Below, piece after piece: positions 38,801 to 49,452 of a stretch of DNA of 64,000 bases; position 1 is the stretch's first letter, and each line of letters begins with the position of its first letter. Origin of the DNA: Phallusia mammillata (lineage: Eukaryota); NCBI GenBank assembly GCA_965637545.1, contig OZ281500.1, positions 20,584,001-20,648,000 of the forward strand. The letters run 5' to 3'. The notes below the pieces were generated by a model. The model ran no database searches. It saw only the letters and a program-made list of their open reading frames with translations, and had not been told where the DNA came from. Position numbers and translations under genes: made by a program.

Positions 38801-40242
38801 CAGCGGTTTAGGCCGGGTATTTGGTGCTAAAATATTAATTTCTCCCACATTGTTTCACAAAACAGGTTACGGTAAGACCTGTTCATCAGGTTTTAAAGCC
38901 ATCAGAGGCTGGGCTGCATATTTTTTAAAACGCCTTAACTTTTATCCCACACAATCCACGGCCTTGCGTATCTGCAGCTTAATCTTCGATCATTTACCCT
39001 CGCACCTGTTTGTTAGTGGAAGATGCATTTAAAAAAGTCTAATAACTTTTGAAATGAACATTTGAATCTTTAGATCAGTAGATTTGGTCTACGATTATTT
39101 GTTTTTCCCCAAGTTGTTGTCAAATCGAATAAAACATACACAAGCTCACAGGAGGTTATTTGTATCCTTTCTTTCGTGTTTGGACTTTACTTCATACAAC
39201 AGCTTGTTGAGTATAATAATGGAAACAAACGCGAGACATTAAACGGGCCTAAAATTGTCTAGACCCACAATTTTGTTTAAAGAAATTAGGCCAGAAACTT
39301 AAATTTACCTTACGACTTTAATCAGGCCGAGGATGCATTCAAAAATTACGACTTCAATAAGGCAGAATGTGAAATCAAAAATTATGACTCAAATGATGCC
39401 AAGGGTGGGGTCAAAACTGAATCAAGTCGTTTTCTTCCGCCCGGCCCAAAACCGAAACAGGATCAAATACCCAGCCTGGACAGTAGAAGGGAAGTAACAC
39501 TGGAATGCGCGTTTTGTGTAAAACTTACCATCTCGTGTCTGCACGAATGCAAGTCGCCTTAGGAACAAATAATCATTGGAGAAAACTTCGGACGCGTCCA
39601 GTTTCTGCACGACCGCTTGAACAACCTCAGAACCTGCAGAGCACAAACATCGCCGGGGCATTAGGGATTTGTTGGCAATAAAAACGTGCACTGTTATACG
39701 ATGAATATGCAAATCTGTCCAGGGTCAACTGGATGACACTTTGTGACCTCGTCTAGTCGTGTTAAAGCAAACAGGGATCCAATTTTGCCATTGTAATTAG
39801 AAAATTTTGGATTTAAAACATTTCACTTCATGGAAGATACAGTGCCTTGGTGGCATGTTCACTTTGGGTAGATTAACATTGAAATTAGTAAAACCCTGGC
39901 AAAAAAATTCCATTTGATACAATCTTAATGTATATTACAATACCAAATTAATCATTGTTAAATTTTATCAAAAAAAAAAATGTAGCGTTTTTATCAAACA
40001 ACCATGGTTAATGCATTAGAACCTTGTTTCAAATCATCGCTAATTCAATTTTGATTCAATATTTTATTTGCCACGCTATGAAGTTAATATAGTTGCACAA
40101 CTAAATTCACTACTTTTTCGTATTTGTTTATAATCCTACCTTTCGCTGTTGGCCACAAGGTGTAATCAATCGGTCCAGTAAAATAATATTCGGCATTTGC
40201 ACAAGTTGCCAGTACGATCAGCAAAAATGAAATGATCTTCAT
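32815..40242 (-). CDS. Secreted mosaic protein, ~1039 aa: signal peptide, putative lysozyme-like domain, VWA, unassigned domain, Thr-rich mucin stalk, pentraxin domain
   Basis: Exons (minus strand) 40242-40140, 39633-39529, 38691-38588, 38341-38074, 37747-37632, 37319-37207, 36617-36460, 36272-36137, 36065-35980, 35909-35779, 35718-35511, 35309-35256, 35196-34324, 34267-34138, 33937-33822, 33664-33460, 33028-32815 (TGA); 3120 nt, phase-consistent. Signal peptide MKIISFLLIVLATCANA. VWA: DLILLMDGSGSV...GGTTRTG...IVVTDGQS. Pentraxin: LRAMTICVW, FSYAVPEEDNE, VCVSWEG, LMLGAEQD, NVWSYVL. Confidence 0.9.
34375..35130 (-). repeat. Coding minisatellite encoding PTTTTQTTTT / PTTT mucin-like repeats
   Basis: Near-perfect 30-bp units (GTAGTAGTAGTTTGTGTTGTAGTTGTTGGY on the + strand) interspersed with 12-bp units; lies inside exon 35196-34324. 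Confidence 0.95.
38368..38548. mobile_element. MITE, CAGAGTT-TIR family, filling most of intron 3 of the mosaic gene
   Basis: Begins CAGAGTAGTAAACGG (compare CAGAGTTGTAAACGG at 47157), ends near CCAACTCTA; shares internal sequence with 5765-5977. Confidence 0.65.
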
Positions 40243-40875
40243 TCCTGATTGCAGCTGATTTTGTCACCACAATACCACGAAAATAAACTCCTTAACCGCT
40301 GTAAAAAAAAACTATGCTATTACCTCTAAACGTTAATAAAATGTAAGGCCTGCGTTTTGCAGAAATCACAATTGAACCTGTCGCTTACAATATGTATATA
40401 CGTGGTCTAACTAAAGAATGGCGAAAGGAAGAATTCTCGGTCATCAGTACCTGTGTCTCTTTCCCGTGCCGATGAAGACTGAACGGTTTATTCTTGGTGT
40501 TGCTGCATTTTGTAGAAAATTGCTCCCGTTTCGTAATGGCCGCGGACGAAAGGTCACGAGCGCTACACGACTATCTCCTGGCAGTAAATACATTTGCACG
40601 TGCGACCCGAACACTGAGCGTCTCGTGTAAGATCAGCAGGCAACAATGGCGAAGTGGCGTTATCGCCGAGTTGGTTTATTTCCACTGTTAACCGAAGTAT
40701 CTTATCTAAAGCATGCATCAGCTTTAAATTCGCAACTGTGTTTTCATTGGGCGCAACGTTTTGTTGAAAAACCTGTTGGTTTTAAGCTATGGCTAAGGTG
40801 CATAGAAATAAACATGAGCGCTGTGTAAAGATTTTTGATCACTTAATAACGCTTTTGGGATTTCTATGTTTAATG

Positions 40876-41256
40876 TCATTTTGTGACGTCCTTGGCAATC
40901 AGGCTGGTCACGTTTAAAAACTTTATCACATCGTGTAAACATCGGCTCGCGGCTATGTACCAGAAGGGGCAAGGTTGATCTAAATAACTTATCCAGGCTG
41001 TATATTTTGTCGAACCACAAAATCTAAATTGCGTTGCGGATTCTACACTTAATAGCAGCGCCGTGTATGGATTCAAATAGGTGGTGTTTGTCTCCCTTCC
41101 GCATAGATTTTAATTGGTTTAGATAACAGGACATATCTTACCTGGGATCAAAGTAGGTCGTTGTGTGTATAAGCAGCGCGGGTCGGGATCGGCCACACCG
41201 AGCTGGTTGCCGTGGGTACGAATGCACGACGACGTCATAGGTTACATACGTGCTGT
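40876..41256 (-). CDS. Candidate small spliced gene of unknown function (two 3' exons; 5' part not resolved)
   Basis: Exon 41256-41142 has a strong acceptor (CACTTCCAG) and donor (CAG/GTAAGA). It is open in phase 1 (STYVTYDVVVHSYPRQPARCGRSRPALLIHTTTYFDP) and joins in frame to 41023-40876 (RFCGSTKYTAWISYLDQPCPFWYIAASRCLHDVIKFL...DVTK stop). Confidence 0.35.
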
Positions 41257-43516
41257 CTGGAAGTGATTCACTAATTATTAACAGAAGTTGATAAAAGTTG
41301 TCTTATTATGTAGCATATTTTGTTTCGTTTGTTTAACTATCTCAAATTGGAAAACAAAACTATAAGCGTATTACAATGCAAACACGTTCGTTTGTTGCTT
41401 AATTGTAAAACTGGAAACAAATAACCCTATTGACAACTTTTATGGTGATGGATGTTAAAAGTTAAAACAGTCCTACAGACAATAACTGTTTTTCATACTT
41501 TTTTCAAGTACGCAACTGGCTGTGTTACTAATATCGAAAAAAGATAACCAAGCACACTAATTATTATGTTTATTATTGTTATGCAAAATAACTCGTAATC
41601 TTTTATCTCAGAACAGTAAATTTAGTAGAGCAAAATCGGATTACTGTGAATATATTTGCAACAGCTGATTGGTTATTGTAAAGTTCACGAGACGTTTAAA
41701 TAGGTAATTTTTTGAAGCGATTGAAAAGCAATTAAACTAATGGTGGAAACAACATTCGTGGTTCCTTTAAACTCCACAAAAATAGTTGCACCGACACAAC
41801 GTGCTATTTTTGTCCCCTTTCAAAGGTTAAATTAATGAATGCAAATGATTCCAAACTCTCAGTTCGCTAGTTACAAATAAATTCTTGGTCGTATTTTTAA
41901 CCAGCGTAAAGCTTGTTATGATCTTCTTGGTTTATTGTTGTACTCATTTTGCTGGTATTGATTTAGCGCTTATCTTTTACAATCGGTTTTTCCTTGGGGT
42001 TTTTAGGCATTTATTATGCAATTTATGTAAAATATACATTTTAATCGAATTATGTCCGAATTAGGTGAAGATCTGGGTTAACCGATTCGGTTTAACCGAG
42101 TCTTGATGTATTGTGCTTTGCTGTTTAAGTAAAGTGTTGTGAAGTTATCTCAAAATAGTTTTGTCCAACTTTGAAAGGAATATACACAAAACTTTTGAAG
42201 CACAAAACATATCGACAATTGATCTGTTTCGCCTAAAATATAACAACAAAAACAACCCAAGCATTTATACAGTTGCAAAATGTATTTTTCGGACTCTCGC
42301 CTCAAGACCCATAAATTCTGTATGGTAGAAAAAGATAGGTAATATATGTATACATAAAGGCGCGTTAAGTATCGAGCGCAAATGCTGGTAAATTAGGGGA
42401 CAATGCAGGAACACATCCAGCGCCAGTCGTAGGTAGTATCAAAAATAGATCTTAACCTTGCACAAAACAACTTCACGTAAAACCGTTCCAACCAGTTTGC
42501 ACCGGTTACGTTAGGGTTGGTGTTACAAAAGAGAAACATGAAAATACGTTGATTAAGTAAGTACGGGAGGGGCAGTCGGCCGGTACAATAAACGATTGAA
42601 GAAGATTTTGCTTGCAATTTGAATAAGAAGAAAAAACACATATATCTGCACCAAGGGCAATAGCTTCCTTGAGCTAATAGTTATGACCAAAAACTTATCG
42701 AGCTTTCATCAGCAAGCCGAAAAATTTTACGTTTCTCGTGAGAAAAATCACTTGATGCCAGTTCACGATCAAGACCGATTACAGCCTTGGCATTCAGTAA
42801 CAAATGTAGCCACGCCGCTAGCAGCGCCTTTATCGTTAACAGAAAGATGGGAACAAAACAACACATAGAAAAAAAGGAACGAGACAGAAAATAAAGGAAA
42901 TGGGCAAGAACAATGTTGAACGCTGTACAGAACGAGCACGTACAAAAAACAAAATCGACAAACAGCGCAGGACACATACATAAGGAACGTATAGTACGAA
43001 CTGAAAAAAAATGCTTTACGAGCAATAAATAGTGAAAAATACTGAACTGGATGGGAGCAACAACGAGAACTATAGGCGCGAGAAAAGCCAAGTACGTGGC
43101 CAGGTCAGGTTTTTATAATTCAGTCGTTTTTTTATGAATGAACTTTGACGGTATCGCGTGTGTACGTTAAATAGCGGTGTGACAAATTTTTAGTTTGAAG
43201 TGGGGAAATGCAAATAAATGGGCTTGCGCCGTGTCAATTTTGTTGCGCAGTGCAGTTCTGCGAAGGCAAACAGGATGGGCTTCGCGCGATATGATTGCGT
43301 AAACAGCAGACGCTGATGTCATGAGGTACCAAGTTGCACTCCGCGCTTTGTGTATAGCATGAAGAATGGCAAAACGTAAATGAAAATTAACTTTCAGCTC
43401 AGCAGACAGTGGTTATGCGCGGCACCTAGGAAGTTAACAAGGTGGCACAGTTGAGATTGCACTTGAATGTATATTGTCTCTGTGGGCTCAAAAAACGATG
43501 AAGCACACTCGATGTA

Positions 43517-46500
43517 TCACGTATTATCGACCGCTTGGAGCGCGGATGAGTTTCTAAGGCGCCGCCGCAAGAGGCGCAGCAGCAACTTCGGCCGTTTTAA
43601 CCGACGCCACTGATGCTCAAGTCGCGTTGAGCTCAATACATTATCCGGTTGTTGCGACTTAAAGATGTCCTCCGATTCCAAAGCCTGATGGATCGACCGA
43701 CTTACGCGTCGCCCGGCTTTATCTCTGGTTTTCTTTTGCTTTTTTTTCGATTTCTTTTTCTTTTTGGAGCGACACTTTCGCCTGTTTTGTTTTCTGCACT
43801 TCTTCGTTTTGCAACGCTTGCGATCTCGTCTTCTTTTTCTACATTTTCTCTTCTTTTTCTTGCCTTTCTTCGGCTTCGAGCCTTTTGATCGAGGCTTGCT
43901 TGCTGTTGGCTTGGTTTGACTTGTTGATGTTGAAGTCGTGGCCAACGCAGTCATATCTATTAAAGAACACTAATTTTAGTTTAACGTTACAACTCCTGTC
44001 TAAGGTTGAGCTATGAAAAGCAACTAAGTTCTTCAAACATTCAACTTGAGATATTATCTGTAGTCCTCCTGCTTTGATATAATTAAAACGTCTTTAAAGA
44101 GTTAATCATAGTACACCTGGCCGTTACATGAAATCATGCCGGTGTCCCAAGCATTCCCTTGTCACGTTTATGTTATTGTTTACACTTCAGACGATTTTGT
44201 CGCGATTGCCGAAAGAAAGGAAATACATACAAGTTCTTACCTTTTGTAGTGCTAACATTAACGTGAGCTGTAGTTGTAGTTTGACTTGGGGATGAAACTT
44301 CAGCGCTAGTTGTTGAAGGTGGAAGGGCTTCCGTGGGCAATGCGTTGGAGCTGACTTCATCTATTGGGGACTCGGTCAGAAGGAGACCACTTCTGGCTTC
44401 GCGTACTAGAAAATGTGTCCGCTTGTTGGTGTCGTTGCGAAAGCGTCGTCGAGTGGGCTTTCCGTTTCGCAGTGAAATGAATGACTCGTGATCAATGGAC
44501 ATGTAGGCATCGTGAGAACTGGCTTTGTACACATGCCGAAAGTTCGTGTTGTTGTCGTTGTCGTTTTCCTGTAGCAACAGGTGGCACCATGTGAATAAAG
44601 TCCGGGCACTTGTCATAATTGAAGCAGTGCTAACTGCGGTGCAACACTGTGCCGATTGTTTGCGTAATCGTATATGAGCATATGGTGCACAAACACTTAC
44701 CGCGCCATATAGGCTTCCATCGTTGCGCATCGCCAGGTATCGACCAGTCTTTTTCCCGCGAATCTTCACCCGCAAGTTCAGTCCCAATCGGAGGATGTTC
44801 ACCACACCTGCGAACGAAGCGATGGCCCAGGTCACAACAATGACATTCAATATTGCAGTAACACAGGACGAGGCGATTTTTCCCAAGCTTGCACAAACTG
44901 CCTTTTGTGGCTGCCTACGTCATGTCACCTGATCCCCTCGCCGCTTGGTTAAACTGTAAATGTAGCGGGGCGGGAGACAAACGCAAGGTCTATGTCAATT
45001 TTCATCAGCACAGCTACCAAGCCTAGTTAACAGGTGGTCGGTACGGCGTTTGATAAAAGAGCGGTGGCTGTTTCGTGTGGGCACAATTTCGTCGCCTAGT
45101 GTTTTGTATAGCCACAGTACGTACTGTTGTGGTGCAATGAACCACGGCAGTCGCGTTACCGCCGCCATGAGAAAGTATGTCCGCACAAGAGGCCCCGGAA
45201 ACTCAAATCGAACATCAACGCCTTTAGCTCTGTTGTTTACAAGCGGGCGTGCGTGTGGCACAGTGGCCAACAAAGTACCGCCAGTTTAAACTTTCCAACG
45301 CAGAAACATAAGCAAGGCTAAATCATGATTTCCGCGTTGGCAACGCAACCTTTTGCCGGGTTTATTTTTAGAAGGGGGCGCTCGAAAATTGGCAGATATG
45401 TGTCGCCAAGTCTCGAAGCGATAGACCATCGGCCGGAAAAGAAAGGAAATGTAATAATGTCGTGCACAGATGAAACGAAGCACAAATCGAATTAATTTTC
45501 CCCGGATGACGGGTCATCAGTTTGCGATTTTAGGCGTGGCGAGACACATCGCGCGCTTGAAGAGCAATATCACGCCTAAACATGAGAGCGGCTGGCTTCA
45601 AACAACGCATTTTTGCACGGTTTCGTAGTCAACAACCCTTCTTTGACGAGTCCCGAACAAAACACGCTCGTAACACCCATGGATTGGGCGATAGGGTGAT
45701 CCCAGGCCAACGCGCACAAACTGCGTCATAACGTTACGGGGCGCGGCATGCTCGGTACAGAAGTTTATAATTATGTATCAATAGACGGGGTACTTCAACT
45801 GAGCTCTCCAATGCACTAGACAAAGCGCCAAGTACCCCCTGTCATTAGCGTTTTATTAGCTTGAAGTGGTGCAAAGACAGGTGACTGGGTCCTCAAGCGC
45901 CATTGGCGAGCCGAACGAAAGCCTGCTGGGAACGTGAGAATAGCTTTTATGGAATTATGTCCCGACATCTCTATAACTCGCTACAATAACTCGCTGTTTG
46001 TGTGACTAATTCTCTGGAATCCAACGGCGTACTTGAACGAAAGCTGCTCATTGGTTCACTGGGTAAACGGCTTGGGGGCTTCGAAATTGTACGTTGTGTT
46101 CAATTTAAATAATTATAGTGCTTGATTCAAGATTTGAAAAGTGTGCGAAAGAATTTATTTCACAGATGTTGTCCAGCAATTCGCCAGACAGCGTCTCAAG
46201 GACTATCCCGCCCCACAAAAAGCAATGATCTATTTTAACCCCACGATTACACAATCCATCAGACGATTTCAACGTAATTACGCCCCTATTTCTATAGCGG
46301 ACGTTCATTCACACGTCGTCGGGCTACTTTTCTTGTCACCCACGGGCCCCAAGTGGTGTGTAAATTGAGACTTCCGTATTAGAAGTGGGAAAAATCGGAC
46401 GACTTTAATTGGCAACACCTGTGACTGTCACTCCCACCTTTACGAAACTCAGTATAAATAGGACTCAGGAAAACACGCGTTGGTGGTGTTTGTCAACGTG

Positions 46501-48649
46501 CCACCTACCATTTGACCTTATAAGGGAACCTCAATCCTAAGTCGCCCAGTCAACCACTAATTAAAAAACCATAGACTTCACGTCTTGCCATATAAATTGC
46601 ACCTGATTGTCAAATGTCATGCGAATTCTTAGTATTAAAACCATTAAACTTTGCACATCTCACACGCCTGTTTATTTTTAAGCCATTAACCAATGTGTAA
46701 CCGCCTAATTTTGAACCGAATGCGCACCATAGGGCCTCGAAGTCTTGAAAACATACGATATATTTTCTGTAGCCGTGCGAGCATTCTTACAAAAGTCAAC
46801 AAAGGACGGCTGTTTGCGAAAAAATCTACCCTGTACAACTTCGCGGATTTACTAAAAGTCAACTTTGCGTATTAGTCAGCGGGAAAAACAGAAACATAAC
46901 TTACTATGACAAAGCAAAATTTGGGTTCGGCGTGTTTGCCATCTTTTCAAGAAGCTGTCCATAATATCCATTTATTACACCGTGGGAATCAAACGTCGGT
47001 TCGGTAATGATTAACAAATACTGCGCTTAGGCGTTTGTCGAAATCCCACGACATTGTTTAGCTACCGGGTAACAGTTAGTTGATATTTCAGGTATTGGTG
47101 TATTTAATGCTTGGTTCAATCATTGGATCAAGCGCGAGAACAAGTACTGTTAACACCAGAGTTGTAAACGGGCCTAAAATGACACCCGAACCCGAAAGTA
47201 CAAGTCCGAAACCAGGCCCAAACACGAAGAAGCCCATTTAGGCCCGAAAATTTGATTAACAGGCCTACACTTGAAGTCTCAGAAAAGACCAAGACAACAA
47301 ACACAATTTGGTCTCGAACAAGGCGTTTAAGGGCTGTTTGACATTAGGTCAGGTCCAGCCCACTGGCTATTTAGCTAGTAATTTTGTTTTTAAACTGACA
47401 CACAGGGTAAAGTCAGAGCCGAATCAACCCTTTTTTAAGCCCGAACCCGGCCAGAACCCGAACCCGGTCCGACTCACAACTCTGGTTAACATATACTTAA
47501 CATTGCAACTGTGTACTTACAATAAGCATCAATAACCGTGTCCTCGACAAATTCCACTCGTCCGTCGGGCAGCATTCGCAGTGTTAATCCACTGTTGTGA
47601 TAAATGGTGTGTATGTTTTCCCGCAAGTGTCCACCCTTGACACTTGTAGGAGGAAGGACTCCTGCGGAACCGTCTGGCAACGAGAAAATAGGCGACTGAG
47701 GTGGCAATGGCTGGAGGTGTGATTGTTGCATGCGACCCTGGTTCTGGCTCGGTGTTGCAGTTGTTGGAAAAGCGTTCAAAAGTTCGTAAAGTGATGTATG
47801 TTTTTTTCGTTGTGGTGCGCCGCGTTTTACGTGGTGGTTGTGCCGATCAAGTCCAAGGTGGGACGCTAAACGCCTGGTTTGGCCACGACGTGCCTCCGAC
47901 AGGATCCTCTTTGCGGCGGCCACGCTGATGTTATGCTTGGGATCAATCTGCCTCAACAGGCTTAGAAACATCACTAACACCGGGTCACTTTCATTTCGGA
48001 TCATGTCGCGAACCGGCATAGATGAAGTTTCATGTGTCACACCCTCGACATGGGAATCTGTTTGAGCATAATCCAAGTTCTCAAACGCTTTGATATCAGA
48101 ACGCAATGACGACGTTTCGAGTTGGGCCTTCTCTGTCGATGATGAGGCGGATCCCGCGGGAATTGACGTAGGCGGTTGTTGCCGGTTGGCCGCCGGGTGA
48201 GTTAAAACCGAATCATGTTCCAAATTCATGTTTGTCGCAGGCTCATGGGAAGTGCTTTTGTTCTTTCCGCTGTCTTTTCCATCAGTGCCCAGCAACATTA
48301 CACCCGTCATGGTCGAAACAGTCGCCGGTCGCACTGTGTTATCCACGTCTGACCAGCGTTTTCCGAACGACTGAAGACTTCTCGTGCTTCGTTCATGCGC
48401 TTCCAACTGCCTATGTAAGTCCGCCAGGGCGTTAGGTAACATTTGGAAAACTTCTTGCTGGCGCAGAGCACGGGGAAAGTAGCGACGTGGGTGAAACTTT
48501 GCGCGTGCGAAATTTCGGTGATCGATTGCGTGTCGTAACAACTCGTTCTCATCACGTGATCCCCGATTCGCTGCAACGAATCCGGATCCTATGAAAGCTA
48601 AAAACAGCAGCAAGTATCCTTTTGCAGTAACCAGCGTTATGTTAAGCAT
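43517..48649 (-). CDS. FGF: Large fibroblast growth factor (~667 aa) with signal peptide, long pro-region, divergent FGF core, Ser/Thr linker and polybasic C-terminal tail; subfamily unassigned
   Basis: Exons (minus strand) 48649-47521 (an in-frame upstream ATG exists at 48721), 44807-44701, 44568-44241, 43956-43517 (TGA); 2004 nt, phase-consistent. Core motifs IYHNSGLTLRMLPDGRVE, VKIRGKKTGRYLAMRNDGSLYG and RNGKP...KRTHFL. The 107-nt middle exon with phase 1 and phase 0 boundaries is typical of FGF genes. Confidence 0.88.
47157..47484. mobile_element. hAT-type MITE, CAGAGTT-TIR family, in FGF intron 1
   Basis: TIR CAGAGTTGT / ACAACTCTG; 8-bp TSD GTTAACAC / GTTAACAT (7/8 match); CCCGAACCCG subrepeats. 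Confidence 0.85.
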
Positions 48650-49191
48650 GTTGAGTAACTTTTCGACTTGAACAATTACTTCGTGGCAGCAAAGCTTTGT
48701 GTTCAGCTTGTACAGTACCATTCGACCTCTAACATTCTTCTTTTGACTTCAAATGTGATGCAATAAGCCTACAATGTGCAACATGCCTGTACAGATGACG
48801 TGCGTGTGTGTGTGTTAAGAAACAAAGCTGGAACCTATACACTGAAACGTAAATGTAAAGCATCTTAAAATAAGCATCGTTTCAAACACGTTTATTACCC
48901 TCATTACATAAACACTTGCTGATTTGTTGATAAGATTACGCGCCACCGCCTGTATACGTAGTGGATTCGCGCACGACTGGGAGCAGCAAATTGCACCGGC
49001 GTGCAAACCTTTGCCCAATCAGGTGGCGAGTTGACAGTCACGTGGTTGTCTTGCGGTGTTTCAAACCACGACATGAACGCCCACGAAATTGCTGTGGGTT
49101 GTCATAGGGACGGAAATAATCACGTTTACACCCTATCGATGGGAATACTTTAAGTTAAGCGTAGGCTAGAAAATAATAATAGTTTTCCATT

Positions 49192-49452
49192 CAGTGGTTA
49201 CCTAAATCGTTTGAACCAAGATTACTTGTTGACGTATAGTTTTTACACTGTGTTCCGTACAAGAACGATGATGAAGTGCTACTCTTATAAAAAGTATGCA
49301 AAACCGTTTAAAATGTTGTCCAGCAACTCGCCAGACGATAATTGTCCATACAGCGGCTAACAGTGGTCACCTAAATTGTTTTAACCAAGATTACTTGTGA
49401 GCTTTGAGTTTTTACATTATGTTCAGTTAAAAAATACTGGAGTGCTACATTT
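49192..49452. repeat. Degenerate ~90-bp direct repeat pair upstream of FGF
   Basis: CAGTGGTTACCTAAATCGTTTGAACCAAGATTACTTGT... at 49192 versus CAGTGGTCACCTAAATTGTTTTAACCAAGATTACTTGT... at 49361; similarity continues to GAGTGCTAC/AAGTGCTAC. Confidence 0.8.

Noticed and set aside
38845-38892. Minus-strand CTGATGA-ACAGG...CCTGT-TTTGT-GAAAC motif
   Set aside because: Extra bases between stem II and GAAA, no NUH cleavage triplet and no stem I.
40362-40630. Two + strand exon-like segments (EITIEPVAYNMYIRG...; NCSRFVMAADERSRALHDYLL...)
   Set aside because: Would need upstream exons antisense to the mosaic gene, the first donor is weak and no downstream in-phase exon was found.
45489-45526. Hammerhead-like string on the FGF sense strand in intron 1: CTGATGA-CCCG-TCATC-CGGG-GAAA-ATTAATTC
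   Set aside because: Stem II closes C-G instead of the usual purine-pyrimidine pair, and stem I cannot form adjacent to the core without a 2-5 nt offset; compatible with a chance match. Worth an Infernal check only.
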